DNA of 64,000 nucleotides from the NCBI GenBank assembly GCA_964016885.1, contig OZ024741.1:290842001-290906000 (forward strand), given 5' to 3'. The position numbers and the translations under genes were made by a program. How positions within the stretch are numbered: position 1 is the stretch's first letter; every line of letters starts with the position of its first letter. The DNA is from Eledone cirrhosa. Taxonomy: Eukaryota. The notes beneath the pieces are model-generated. The model was given only the letters and a program-made list of their open reading frames with translations, did not search any database and was not told the origin of the DNA. Shown in pieces: positions 42,270 through 55,541 of the stretch.

Positions 42270-42425
42270 GTGTTCTAAAACTTCCGTTTCCAATTGAATT
42301 TTGTTTAAAAAAAGGTAAGTAGAAAAATGTATTTCACACGTTGGCAATAAAATAAATAAAGGCGTGGCAAATTGGAAATATTAAATATTTACATTAGAAT
42401 ATATCTGCTTCTATATATGTGTTGA

Positions 42426-42506
<81 letters not shown>

Positions 42507-42751
42507 TATATATATATACACACACCTACATATGGTTACGTATATGTGTGTGTGAGACTAAAATCAAGCTTAATATTAATTCGGCTCTTAAATGCCAATA
42601 GCTGTTAAAATTCTGGGAATAGCTACAACCTGTTGCCATCTTTACCGTTACAGATATTTCGTATGTTGTTGACGGTCGCGAAAAAAAGAGTTCTCAATAC
42701 CAATGTAGAGTTTAAATATTTTATTTATTTTGGTTAAATAAAAGTTTCATA

Positions 42752-42876
42752 TATAGGCACAAGACCATCAAATGGGGGGGAGTGGGAAGTCGATTAAATC
42801 GACCCCAGGGCATGACTGGTACTTTATTTTATCGACCCCGTATGGATGAAAGGCAAAGTTAACCTCGGCGGGATTT
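42752..42876 (-). mobile_element. tRNA-SINE truncated at the adjacent HHR element
   Basis: The consensus stops at AACCTCGGCGGGATTT. Confidence 0.8.
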
Positions 42877-43306
42877 AGAATTGGTGCTCTGAAATAGCGA
42901 TATATATATATGAAGGTATATATAGTGTATTTTGCAATACACTGTATGCTTAATTAAAAGCATTTTGAAGACCTTACGCTATTGTTTTAAAGTAGTAACT
43001 CATATATATATCGCTATTTCAGAGCACCAATTCTAATTTTCAAATTTTGCTGGACCGGCAACCGCTCTGTATAATCAGTTCCTGATTATTACTGGAATTC
43101 TATAAGAATCCAACATACCTGTTTTCAGCAGGCAACGGGATTAGTGAGCTCTGAGGAGTACCAACAGTACGAAACAGAAATCTGTCAGCTTATCTCCCTT
43201 TGTTTGCTGAAAAAAAGAAGCACTACTTTTAATTAAGCATACAGTGTATTGCAAAATACAGTATATACACATTCATATATATATCGCTATTTCAGAGCAC
43301 CAATTC

Positions 43307-43311
<5 letters not shown>
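42877..43311 (+). mobile_element. Retrozyme/pLTR-like element: inverted piece plus ~273-bp unit with terminal redundancy
   Basis: TCGCTATTTCAGAGCACCAATTCTAAT occurs at 43011 and 43284 and is inverted at 42877-42900. Confidence 0.8.
43145..43192 (+). ncRNA. Type I hammerhead ribozyme, canonical core
   Basis: TGAGCT-CTGAGGA-GTAC caaca GTAC-GAAAC agaaatct GTC-AGCTTA, with distal TTTTCAGCAGGCA/TGTTTGCTGAAAA pairing. Confidence 0.92.
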
Positions 43312-43390
<79 letters not shown>

Positions 43391-44099
43391 CATACTTATA
43401 TATATACATATATATGTGTGTGTGGGTGGGTGTGTGCGTGTGTTATGTATATATATAGATGTTATTATCTTATTATACTTATTATACCGTACTTATAAAA
43501 AGTAGAGTACAATTATTATTTAAAACACTAAAGCTTAAATCGTATCCATGAACACGGGAAACATTCTACCATCGAAATAGTTTAACTGTACATATACATA
43601 AACATCCATGCATGAAGACATACATACATTCCAGATTTATGCCTGTGATTATTAGGATACTGGGATATGTCAGTAACTGCCTCGGTACAAATCTTGAGAA
43701 GCTGGGCGTCAAAGAAACAAAGAACACGATTAAATAGGAAATTACAAGTACAATCCATTAATGGAACAGTAAAAATATGTAAACCATTAAAAAATGTTTG
43801 CATCTAATAACTGCATGTACACCTGTACAGATACAAAACATATGCACATGCACACATACAACTCAAAACATACGCATCAACACATACAATAACATGCTGC
43901 ACACACATGCATGCAGGCAGGCATGCATACATAACTACCTAGTTGATGTTTTGTAAATCCCGATGAGAGAGTCTTGTATCTAGGTTAGAAACCGACTCTC
44001 TCTCTCTCTTGGTAAACATTTATAAAAGTATAAAACCCGAAGACCATACACATATATATATATATATACATGCAAACACACATTCATACATATATACGT

Positions 44100-44365
44100 G
44101 AAGATGGTGTTCGAGCATTGCCATCGTGTTCGAGCATTGCGATCGCCTGATAAAATGCTCAAAAATGTGAGGCACGAATGTGGATCTTTAAACCAGCCAA
44201 AGACTTGCACTCTCTGGCACATATATGGAACTGTAGTCTCCTCCGGGACTTTCCATTGCTTTGTTCTGGCTGTGTGTTACCATGTGTCTTTTAAACCCTC
44301 CGATGCTAACACATTCCTTGGCACATTCCTTACACCTTTTCAGATCATAATCTACATGAGGTCTA
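44100..44365 (-). mobile_element. RTE LINE 3' end with C2H2-like motifs
   Basis: CKECAKECVSIGGFKRHMVTH and ICARECKSLAGLKIHIRA, ending against an AT/CA-rich run. Confidence 0.6.
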
Positions 44366-44599
44366 CTGATATGACTTACATACATACATACATATATACA
44401 TACATACATATTTAATATCAACGTGTTATCGCTGAGTTAGTATGAATGTTGTCCGACAGACTTCCAAACACTTTCCCTCTATCTAGTTTCACTCAAGAAG
44501 CTATAATTGATGACACTACCAAAGATGCGTCGCAGTGTGTTGAACATTGCACCTGATGATTGCGAAGCAAACTTCTTAACCATCGGCCATATTATATGC

Positions 44600-44982
44600 C
44601 GGTTTGGCAGTATCGGTAGAGGGTCGGACGCCATACTTCGCAGAATAGAGTTACGCCCCTTTACAATCTGAGTTGAAATCCCGCCGAGATTAACTTTGCA
44701 TTTCATCCTTACGGGGTCGATAAAATAATTGTTTCTACTTTTGGCACAAGGCCAGCAATTATCCAGTGCATTACTGGTACTTTATTTTATCGACCCCGTA
44801 AGGATGAAAGGCAAAGTCAACCTCGGCGGGATTTGAACTCAGATCGTAAAGGGGCGTAACTATGCTGGAAAGCATGGCGTCCGACTCTCTACCGATACTG
44901 CGAATCCACCGGGGTCGATAAAATAATGTACCAGTAACGCACTGGGATAATTGCTGGCGCTATGCCAAAAGTAAAAACAATT
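44600..44982. mobile_element. SINE (+) with a second SINE (-) nested at ~44730-44910
   Basis: GGGGTCGATAAAATAAT is duplicated at 44713-44729 and 44911-44927. Confidence 0.88.
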
Positions 44983-45268
44983 ATATGCGCTTTAGAGACC
45001 ATGAGAGAGAGAGAGGGAGAGAGAGAGGGACGACATATAAATGACAATATTAAGATTTACTTTAATCATAAGGATTTCTAGGAATCTGTCCCTTGCAAGA
45101 CAAAGATCTCCAACCCATTCATACAGAACAATTTGCTAGTCGGCTATTTCCGCATTTTTTGGCAGATTAATAAGTTTTCTTTGTGATGAAATTACTGAAG
45201 CCAATTCATGTGCAACATTTTAGTGGTGGCCTTCCGGTTGCCCTACAAGCAGTCCCACTCTTCTTCTT

Positions 45269-45299
<31 letters not shown>

Positions 45300-45519
45300 T
45301 TCTTCTTCTTCTTCTTCTAGTCATGAAATAAGATAGCGACGTGGGTGTAGGTTGAACTCAAAATGTAAGGGAGATAAAAACTATACGTATACACACACAT
45401 AGACACACACACATACACGAACGCGCGCGCGCACACACACATACACACTCACACACGCACACAAACATATCTATATCTATATATATATATATATATAAAC
45501 ACACTTATATATACATATA

Positions 45520-45848
45520 AGGTAAATACTCACCTCCGGTCACGAATGACCATGGGATTTGTATCTAGAAAGTTTCCCACCGAATCATAAGTCCGGACAA
45601 GGGTGTTTGTGGAGCACCAGCAGTCGCCCATGCATAACAGTTTCCCCTCTCAACGTCACCGATGTTGTCCAAGAGAAAGGCAAAGACCGATACATCTTGG
45701 CACCACTGACGCTGCAACTCATTTCTACAGCTGAATAAACTGGAGCAACGTTAAATAAAGTGTCTGGCGAAAGGACATAATACCTCACCCGGTCCGAGAA
45801 TCAAACCCACAACCTCCAGATAGCAAGCCCAACGCTCTAACTACTTAG
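45520..45848 (-). mobile_element. Second tRNA-derived SINE family
   Basis: rc head TAAGTAGTTAGAGCGTTGGGCTTGC...GGGTTTGATTCTCGGACC, then a CORE/V-like GTTGCTCCAGTTTATTCAGCTGTAGAAATGAGT. Confidence 0.7.
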
Positions 45849-45859
45849 TATATAGATAC

Positions 45860-45948
45860 ATTATAAAGAGTCGGGACCTCGACGGCTGAGTCGGGAGCTT
45901 GCTGTTGAAACCGCAAGAGCTCAGCCGTCGGGGTCCCGACTTTTAATA
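45860..45948. repeat. Long GC-rich hairpin from a small repeat family
   Basis: AAGAGTCGGGACCTCGACGGCTGAG pairs with CTCAGCCGTCGGGGTCCCGACTTTT. Related sequence at ~2608-2680 and ~23655-23740. Confidence 0.7.
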
Positions 45949-46032
45949 ATATAACAATACTCTACTACCCCAAGTATCGAATACTCTGTTGAGTAAATGT
46001 CTAACCAGTTTCAAACTAATCCATCCTGGTCG

Positions 46033-46154
<122 letters not shown>

Positions 46155-47829
46155 CATTGGATATCATATCTTTTATTCATTTTATATAAAGCATATCTAG
46201 AAATATATTATAAAATATGAACCTTCTTTTTATAGTTGTGGTTTGTTAAATGAGAACAAGGTGTTTTCTAATTCTCACAGTCAATCGCTAGTCTACGCGA
46301 TTAATTCAATCCCATGATAACCAGAATCTAGTAGTAATGTTATCAAAACACTTACTGTTATGGCCATCAAATATTTATTCAAACATAATGCAATTAATAC
46401 AGCACTATCGAATGTTTCCCTCATTTAGAAAAAAAAAAAATAATAATGGGTGACTTGACAAAAATCTGGCTACTATTTTTAACAAATTGAGCCCCATTGA
46501 GAGGCTCCCCTCGATGTCTTCTCCAAACCTATTTATTTGTATTTGTGCTCTATTATATTAATAAGATTTATATCAATCTTTTCAAGTATTTATATTCATT
46601 AAAGTATTTATTTCAAGTATTTATAGTCATTAAAATATAATGAATACCGGTGGAGGCTAATGGCAGATCCCTAGATAAACTACGACAGTATAGATTGAAG
46701 ACACACACACCCGCGCACAAATGAAACAAATATTGTCTGTACTTCTTTTATCAACTTGTAATTTCTATTTAAATTCATGTATCTAATTGTTTGCTTTACA
46801 AACGAGGTAGAAATTCAAAATAAAGTTTAAGAAAAAAAACGCCTTAATCTATCAAAATGCTAACTTGATGAACAAGAAGTCATGTTTATATAATACTATA
46901 ATCGTATTATTCTAAATACTAAGAACATATTAGTGAGGTGGGTATGAAGAAATCTTGTCAAAAAATTTAAAAGATTAAGGTTTTAATTTAGCCGCTATTT
47001 CTATTTACCTGTCACTTTTCTAAGAAACTGGTTTCATCTTGATTAAATATCAGCGAATGATAGTTTGTATAGACTAGAACTTATATGTTGCTTTCTTATA
47101 TGTTGCTTTAAAAAAAATACGGTGGGAGGACTTATATTTCATTTGCTGTTGCTGTTGTTGTTTAGTCCTAGGTTATTCTAGGTCGAAAACATTCCAATTG
47201 TCACCACCCTACCGTTTGCAATTCACTCTGACTTCTGGACAGAGGTAGACAGCAATGGTCTAGAGGTCAGTTTGCAGGAATGACAGGATGCGCAATTTTT
47301 TGGGGATTATGCAGCTTGCTATTTGAAGAAGAGTTGCTACGCCACTGACCCAAGACTACATTATCCGACGTAAACTTCCTTTCTAAGCATTAGGGTTTGA
47401 TTTAGAGAATATTCGGCTGCTATTTCTAGCATGTCAAGTGCCCATCCAGAGGTATTCGTTGCTGGGTTGCTACTTTTGTTGTTTTGTTTTGACACAGAAT
47501 AGCTGTGACTGAGTAGAGCTATAACGAAAAGCAACACAGACGTGAGCATCTCGCCTTTTCATAACTTTACGATTTCATTGTCAAGACTAACATTTTATTT
47601 TATTTACTTAAACTCTACAGCATGTTATGAAGGAGATTTGGCCGCTATTTCTAACAGGTCAAACGAATATGCAGATGCTTTCTTCATTAACTTTTCTTTC
47701 GATTCTTGTTGATTGCGAGAAGGAAAAAGACAAGGCGAAAATAAAATTCGTATTATATTCGGCTAATTGCCCGGTAGTTGTAATTTCAAAGAAACCGGGT
47801 GTATAGCGGCGTATTAAATTATAATGTAC

Positions 47830-48610
47830 AGCAACTCATCATTCTAGCGATCTTCCCTTCCATTTGATTACGAACTCTCTAAGCGATATATTTAATAACG
47901 TGTCAATTCCATTTGCAACTTAAGACCTACAACACCATTGTATGGACAGGACAGGATGGGATTTCCAAGAAATACACTCAGCTATAATTAAGAACAGAGC
48001 AGCCTGTATCAGTAGAATCACCTCCAATCTATCGTTAGACAGAGATATCTGCGACAGAGCCACACCTCATTATAATGAGCCGTTTGCGAGAAGTTAGTTC
48101 ATTTATATAAGATCCTACACCACCACCAAAGAGTTAGGAAGACGAAAATATACTGGTGTACTCCTATGTTCAACATCAATATCTCCACTAACATAACTAG
48201 GAGCGTTATAATCCTTAATTATGCAACAATCTCCCATATCAAACAAGTACTATAAGCGTTTCAATGTGTATAATATCAAGGCACCTAAAGCTTACCACGG
48301 GAATTTTACTTTCTGCATCGCATACTACAGCAGAAAGAACACACAACTACACAAACTTTATCACAAGCACCCAGCTGCAATTACTGAAACCAAACCACAT
48401 GTCAACTGAGAGGATCTTGCATTTTAGAGGCAGTGGTCTTCAAGGTGATTCTCCCATAAGTTTTTATTACTGCAGCCAACTATATACATACACACTCGGT
48501 CTAAACTATCTCTCTGTTGCTATAAATGTGGACTCTACTGGCTTATTTCAAACCATTAAATGCAAATACAATCCCACAAAATTCACTGATCATGATATTC
48601 ACAAACTTTT
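47830..48610 (+). pseudogene. Decayed PLE coding fragment
   Basis: Reading through frameshifts gives about RRKIYWCTPMFNINISTNI..SLIMQQSPISNKYYKRFNVYNIK, resembling the PLE R.IIWFNPP...TNI...HFP..KIFN motif. Confidence 0.55.
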
Positions 48611-48939
48611 ATAATTATTGTAAATGAGAGAAATAGGAGGGAAAAAGCAAGGACTATTAGGTTACGGAAGAAAGGGAGAAGGTGATGGGCTCTATGCCTG
48701 GGGTGGAGTGGTGTTTGGGCTGCACCCCGCGGATATCAATAGCATTTCCATGGACAATGACCTACCACAGTCACCCCACTCCAACAGCCACCCCACCTAG
48801 TGGGGTTCCTTCCTCAGACGAGCTGCTGACAATCCGATTTTATGGAGGAGCTCAGAAGTATGGGATACGAGAATACCTGAGGTCTCGCGTGCGGTCGATG
48901 CGTAGAAGAAGCGGCCGGACAAGCCTCGGTATTTTATTG

Positions 48940-49720
48940 TCTTCATATCCTCTGCATTGCAGGCCGCAGTTTTGTGTCGGAAGCGGCAAAGTTAGTCAGA
49001 GAACGTGTTACAGCACGTGGCATACCAGATGTGGTTTTAACTCCATCGAATGAGAAGAGAGTAATTCCGTCGGGACGCTTGCTGTCAACGCGGTCGAGGC
49101 CTGCTGGTTCTAGTTGTGATGGGAACTCAGCTGCATCAAGGCTCCTCAATATGTCTTTGAGAGCGGCATGTTGGGGAGAGCGGCCTCTGCTCTGGCGGCA
49201 AGACCAAAGATGTCAACGACAACTCACAGCCGCATTTGTGTGGCCCACACACGTGGAAGACGAGGCATTGGGAAACTCCGATGCGAGTGCACTCGTCATC
49301 AAGAAGGGTACCGTTTGATGAGGACGGCCCCGAATTGAGACACACACCGCTGTTTAGCTGCAAAGCGGATGGGAAACAGGCGAGGTCATGTTGGCTCAAG
49401 CCAGACTCGATCCGTCTGAAGAAAGACATTCACTTAATTTCATCCCAGTTACGTTGGATATTTGTATACTGGAGGATAGTGATGTCTTCACCTGGTCAGT
49501 CAGCCAGCGCCTGCTTTAGTTTTAACTTGGGAGATTCGTCTGTTGTCAGCCTGCGCTTGCGAGACTGACGTTGAAGATGAGTTCTGCACAGCGCGGATGG
49601 TAGCATCGAATTTACCGAGGTAATCTGCGTGGAGGTGACAAAGTTCGGGCGGAGCAGTTCCTCAAGAGGAAGAGCGCCGGGTGAACGTCGGTGAGATGCA
49701 GCCTCTCTGACATTCGTGAC
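48940..49720 (-). mobile_element. CRE-like RLE non-LTR retrotransposon fragment
   Basis: HVCGPHKCGC and LEPAGLDRVDSKRPDGITL (zinc knuckle plus RLE PD motif). Confidence 0.7.
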
Positions 49721-50026
49721 AGATCTAATGTGTTTCGTCTTTTAACGGTCTTCATCCCATTTTATAAGTTATGATGCAATTAGATTGAAGTACTTGATGT
49801 CTTCATGATTACGTGATGCTTTGATCACGCAACCACCAACACAAATTCATCAGACAGCATCTTCGGTAATATGGTTGTTATGTTGTTGATGCAATACAAG
49901 CTAACGGACACGTTTGATGTTTCAATTTTGGTAATCCGTCACTGTTAGTGGTTGCGGAATCTCAGCATCACATAACCATTAAGGTGTCATCTCTCCCGGT
50001 GATTTGGGATGGCCATCGACTCTTAC

Positions 50027-50073
<47 letters not shown>

Positions 50074-50075
50074 AT

Positions 50076-50602
50076 GATGGCTGCCCCTTCGTTATCGAGT
50101 ATAGCCATTGCATGATATACCATTGTTAATAATTATTAGTTAATTCTATCGTGCAATGCCTGTGCGTGAAGATATTTTTTAAAGTCAGGAAAGGTTGTGC
50201 ACTGAGCCAACCCCTCTCTCTGAGCGACAGTAGCTATAACCCCAAAAAGAAGAAAAGATCACCATCATCGGTAACTACTGAGACGCAGGTTTTATATCGG
50301 AGTTATCCCAGTTTCCTTGGTTGCCTTCTCCTAGAAGAATGCCCTGACAAATGCTAGTGGTCCTTCACTCCCAGTGGTTTAACCACGCGGGTTCATGTCT
50401 ATATACATATTTTCAAACATTTGACTATTATGAGTTCTTCTGCCCTTTGTCAGGTCAGTCTTGAGTGCTACTGGTAACCCAGTACAACCTGTCGCATGGT
50501 CGGGTCGTCGGCGACTAAACCGGCACCCCACCAAGTTTACTTGGTGAGGAGGGTGATTTTGGACACCCTGCAGGACAAAAACAAAACCTGACAAAGGGCG
50601 GA
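50076..50602 (-). mobile_element. Short RTE-derived element with an inverted 5' segment
   Basis: 3' tail matches 61605-61640, CCTTCTCCTAGAA is shared with ~61960, and 50455-50600 is inverted relative to 62050-62190. Confidence 0.55.
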
Positions 50603-50646
50603 AATATATATATATGTATATATATACATACATATATATATATATA

Positions 50647-51300
50647 CTAGCAGAAGTGCCCGGCGTTGCTCGGAGTTTAATTGCTTTAAAGTTCTCTTAA
50701 TGATTCCACTCAATTACGTTTATTGAGGCCAAGAAAGTAAATACGGGTAAGCAAAGAAGGGGGGTGCGGTAGCTAAAAATTTCAATTGAACAGTGAATAA
50801 GTGGAAAATGAGTACTATACAAATATTAACTCACTTAGAAAATGTTTTGAATGCAATGTATTTAGTTTTATCGGCTTTTTAAGTTTTGTTATTTGATGTA
50901 TGAGCGTCGTTATGACTATGTTTGTTGTTGTATAAATTGATGTGTTGCTTAGTTTTCAAAGTTTATGTCGCGTTCTTGTTGCAGAGGAGATTGAGAGGGG
51001 AGTAGAAGGAGGGATTAACTTTTTAAAGAGAGTTGCAACATGTATGTAGTTTCATCGATTTTTTAGGGTACTAGAGAGAGGGATTAAGCGTGTAAAAGAG
51101 AGGGTTACAGCATATATTTAGTTTTATCGATTTTTTTTCATAGAAGCAGGATACGTTTGGCAAAGTTTATTATGAGGTGACCATCGTTGGTACATTTGGA
51201 GCACGTTGGAAAAAAATCATCAAAATCGGTAGAGAAATGTGGAAATGCATAAAAAACATACACACACACAGACAGATATCTTGCGGTTTATATATATATA
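50647..51300 (-). mobile_element. Non-autonomous Helitron-like element
   Basis: CTAGCAGAAGTGCCCGGCGTTGCTCGG terminus. 51030-51290 is homologous to 54415-54680. Confidence 0.7.
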
Positions 51301-51305
51301 GATAT

Positions 51306-51402
<97 letters not shown>

Positions 51403-51412
51403 TACATATATA

Positions 51413-51526
<114 letters not shown>

Positions 51527-52135
51527 TATATATAGATACATATATATATACATATATACATACATATATACATACATATATATATATACATACATATATA
51601 CATACATATATATATATATATATTTATATATATATGATGGCTGCCCCCTCGTTTTAGAGTATGGCCATTGCACGAGAAAATAAATATATGTATATATATA
51701 TTAATAACAATAATAATAATATACATATATATATACATTTATATATATATATATACATATATATATATACATACATATATACATACATGTGTGTATATTT
51801 ATATACGTTAATATAATTATATGTATACGCGCACACACACACATATATGTATATATATTTTATTATATGTTTTATGGGTATTTGCTATATATACGTTCGT
51901 ATGTGTGCGGGTACAGGCGCTGCGTGGGTTTTTGTATGTGTGCGCGTGTCTTTGTGTACGTGCCCATGGCGGGTATTTTCACGTATGCATGTGTATGTAC
52001 GTATATGGATGCGTGCATATATATATTTAATTATTGTTAATTTCACAGATTGATTTTTTTAGTTTCAAAAGATCCCGTTAAGGGTGGAAGCAACGATTCT
52101 TTGCTTAAACATTAATCTGTTATTTTAATAAATAA

Positions 52136-52187
<52 letters not shown>

Positions 52188-52192
<5 letters not shown>

Positions 52193-52530
52193 CTGAATTT
52201 GTTTAGCAATAAAAACACACACAAACACCCGGATGTAACACATGCCCAAACTAAGCACACAACACACACAAAAACAAGATGGCGTAAGACAGAACAAAGG
52301 AGAAGCACAAAACAAAGAAAAGAATCCCTAGTCTGAAGAGGTCACATAATGTGTGACGAAAGAACTTTGACAATATATGAACAACCGTCCGGTTATGGAA
52401 CCAACCAACCAACCGACCGGAAATTTATAAATTCTTAAATTTATAAATTTAATTTATAATAAATTGGAGTGAAAGCAACTGGTGCATGTGTTTCTTATTG
52501 GCAACATGACCCTCCCAAACCATAACAATA
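52188..52530 (+). mobile_element. pLTR-like element with a degenerate HHR (~52329-52371)
   Basis: CTGAAGA-g GTCACA..TGTGAC-GAAAG aa CTT-TGAC. Second copy at 55040-55305, relatives at 6930-7020 (-) and 59395-59490. Confidence 0.6.
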
Positions 52531-52544
52531 TATATATATATATA

Positions 52545-53432
52545 CTAGCAGTAAAGCCCGAGTTGCTCGGGGCTGCTCAGTAGCTGTGTTAAATTTACAA
52601 TGTTAAGTTCCTTTCTTGGCTGAAAAGCTGTAGAATCTACAGTGTAGACTTTCATGTGGTACTTTTGATTAATATTCCCCCAACCAACAGTATGCCTTAT
52701 GAAGTTAAGAAAACATAACCATAACTCGAATGTTGAAACAAAAGAGGATGCTGGGGATAAAAACTGCACTGGTAATCTATTAACAAAAATCGAAAATGTA
52801 AACACAGCAACACTTGTCTCAGAAAAAAACATCAGCGTAACCAAACTATCAGTTATTTTGAAACAAAGAAATTAGATGGACATGAAAAAAAAAAAAAATT
52901 TAAATAAAAATGCAATTTCATCGCCTATCACCTCTCTGCACGACTGTCTGTCTGCACAACTTTATCGCCTATATCACCTCTCTGCACGACTGTCTGTCTG
53001 CACAACTTTATCACCTATATCACCTCTCTGCACGACTGTCTGTCTGCATGCCTCCATCGTCTATCAGCCCGACTGTCTGTCTGCACAACTTTATCGCCTA
53101 TAGCAGTAAAGCCCGGCGTTGCTCGGGGCTGCTCGGTAGCTGTGTTAAAGTTACAATATAAAGTTCCTTTCAAATTCATCTGTAGAAGAAACGTAGCCCA
53201 TGTATCAACTTTTGTGAAAATCAGTTCCGAACTCCAGAAGGTATGACGTTCTGTTGCATTGCACTGCAGTGCTTCAGTCGACTCCAAGGGAGTGGTTAAA
53301 GGGGGTTATCTTCCGGGAGGCCCTATAATCAATATCTGGAAAAATGAAAGTGTCCATGACTATCCGGAGTACATAAGTAACCTATGTCTTAAGTTTGGTG
53401 AAAATACTGTAGAAATGCATAAGGTTTACACA
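52545..53432 (-). mobile_element. Helitron-like element with a duplicated 3' terminus and a ~46-bp minisatellite (52921-53100)
   Basis: TAGCAGTAAAGCCCG..GTTGCTCGGGGCTGCTC occurs at 52546 and 53101. TATCACCTCTCTGCACGACTGTCTGTCTGCA is repeated 3-4 times. Confidence 0.7.
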
Positions 53433-53569
53433 CACGCGCGCGCGCGTGTGTGTATTTGTGTGTGTGTATGTATTTGTGTGTGCGTATGTATATGTATGTG
53501 TATTCCGTCGGCGCATACGTATGTACTGGACAAAATCATCACTATTTACTTTTACTATTTTAAGGCAAA

Positions 53570-53680
53570 GTTAAATCCCGTCGAGGTTAACTTTGCCTTT
53601 CATCCTTACGGGGTTGATAAAATAAAGTACCAGTAATGTACTGGATAGGTGCTAGCCTTGTGCCAAAAGTAGAAACAACT
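53570..53680 (+). mobile_element. Partial tRNA-SINE
   Basis: Core and tail match the family. Confidence 0.8.
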
Positions 53681-54068
53681 ATTTTAATAACCTCTGTCAT
53701 TTTTGTTTACAATTTTATTTACATCATTCTTAAACTCCGGGGCTGGAAATCATTCGGTTATTTTAAATATTAGTCTAACGACTCCATTTACACCATAAAC
53801 TTGGTCTTTCTTTGCATGAAATTGTTCTTCTCGTTCCATATAACGACGTATTATCCTCGCTTTTTTTTCGTTCATTACCACGGAACGTCTTCACGAACCA
53901 AAATATCGTCTTCCTGTTTTCCTTCGGTTGCAACGTTTCTCAAAATATTTAATTCTGCGTTCACAGATTGAATTTTTTAGTTTAAGAAGATCCCGCTAAT
54001 GTTGAAAGCAGCGATTCTTTGCTTAAACTTTCTTTCTTTCTCAACCCCCCCTCCCTTTTCCCCCTACC

Positions 54069-54102
<34 letters not shown>

Positions 54103-54365
54103 CTCATACCCCCTCTCTCTCTCTTCCTCTACATAATGGAGAACAATAAAGAACGCGCGAATCTCTCTCTCTCTCTCTCTCTCTCTGTCTTTATATATAT
54201 ATATATTTTTGTGTGTGTGTGTGTGTGTGAAAACCAGCGTTCGTCGCCATTCTCTCTCTCTCTCTCTCTCTCTCACTCACTCTATCTGATTATCTTGTAC
54301 CTCTTTCTGAATAACGACCTATCTCACTCTCTCTCTCTCTACACACCCATTTCTCTCTTTAGATG

Positions 54366-54399
<34 letters not shown>

Positions 54400-54699
54400 A
54401 TATATATATATAGAGATAGTTGCAACATGTATGTAGTTTCATAGATTTTTTAGGGTAGTAGCGAGAGGGATTAAGCGTGTAAGAGAGAGGGTTACAGCAT
54501 GTATTTAGTTTTATCGATTTCTTTTCATAGAAGCAGGAAATCTTTGGCAAAGTTCATTACGCGGTGACCAGCCTTGGTAAATTTGAAGCACAGTGGAAAA
54601 AAATCATAAAAATCGGTAAAGAAGTGTGGAAATGCATAAAAATCATACACACACACAGACAGACATCTTCCGTTTTATATATATATATATATATATAGA

Positions 54700-54888
54700 T
54701 AATTGTTTCTACTTTTTGGCACAATGTCAGCAATTACGCAGTGCATTACTGGTACTCTATTTTATCGACCCCGTAAGGAGGAAAGGCAAAGTTAACCTCG
54801 GCGGGATTTGAACTCAGAATTGCAAGGGTCGTAACTCTATGCGTCAAAGCATGGCGTCCGACTCTCTACCGATACTGCCAATCCACCG
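54700..54888 (-). mobile_element. tRNA-derived SINE
   Basis: Reverse complement of the family consensus. Confidence 0.85.
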
Positions 54889-54947
54889 GAGCTCTATATA
54901 TATTTAAAGAAAATCATATATATATATATATACATAAATACATAATC

Positions 54948-54984
<37 letters not shown>

Positions 54985-55039
54985 ATTATATATATATATA
55001 TATACATAAACACATAATCAATTATATATATATATATAT

Positions 55040-55303
55040 GAACACACACAAAAACAAGATGGCGTATGACAGAACAGAAGAGAGGCACAAAAAACAAAGA
55101 AAAGAACCCCCAGTCACTGAAGAGGTCACATAATATGTGTGACGAAAGAACTTTCACAATATATAAACAACCATCTGGTTGTGGTACCAACCAACTGGAA
55201 ATTTATAAATTCCTAAATTTATAAATTTATTATAATAAATTGAAGTGAAAGCAACTGGTGAGTGTGTTTCTTATTGGAAACATGACCCTCCCAAAGTATA
55301 ACA

Positions 55304-55305
<2 letters not shown>
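55040..55305 (+). mobile_element. Second copy of the 52188 element with a degenerate HHR
   Basis: GTCA-CTGAAGA-gGTCACA..TGTGAC-GAAAGaaCTT-TCAC. Confidence 0.6.
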
Positions 55306-55343
<38 letters not shown>

Positions 55344-55498
55344 TGGAATAAATGCTCTGAAATAGCGATATATATGTGAATATAGACAGAATATTCGAAA
55401 ATATTCTGTATGTTTATAATAAACATTTTGAAGACCTAATCGCTATAGAATAGAATACGTCACGTATTACAATTAGATTCTCGATAAAAGCAAGGGAA

Positions 55499-55541
55499 GT
55501 AATCTACGCGTTTCATTCTTGTTAGAGATCATCAGGACTAC
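55499..55541 (-). ncRNA. Type I minimal hammerhead, unit 1
   Basis: rc: GTAGTC-CTGATGA-TCTCT aaca AGAAT-GAAAC gc GTA-GATTAC, with a 15-bp distal helix TTCTCGATAAAAGCA/TGCTTTTATCGAGAA. Confidence 0.85.

Noticed and set aside
44188-44421. Host C2H2 zinc-finger gene
   Set aside because: Only two motifs, frameshifted, with no TGEKP linkers. It matches RTE C-termini like the one at 61664-61760.
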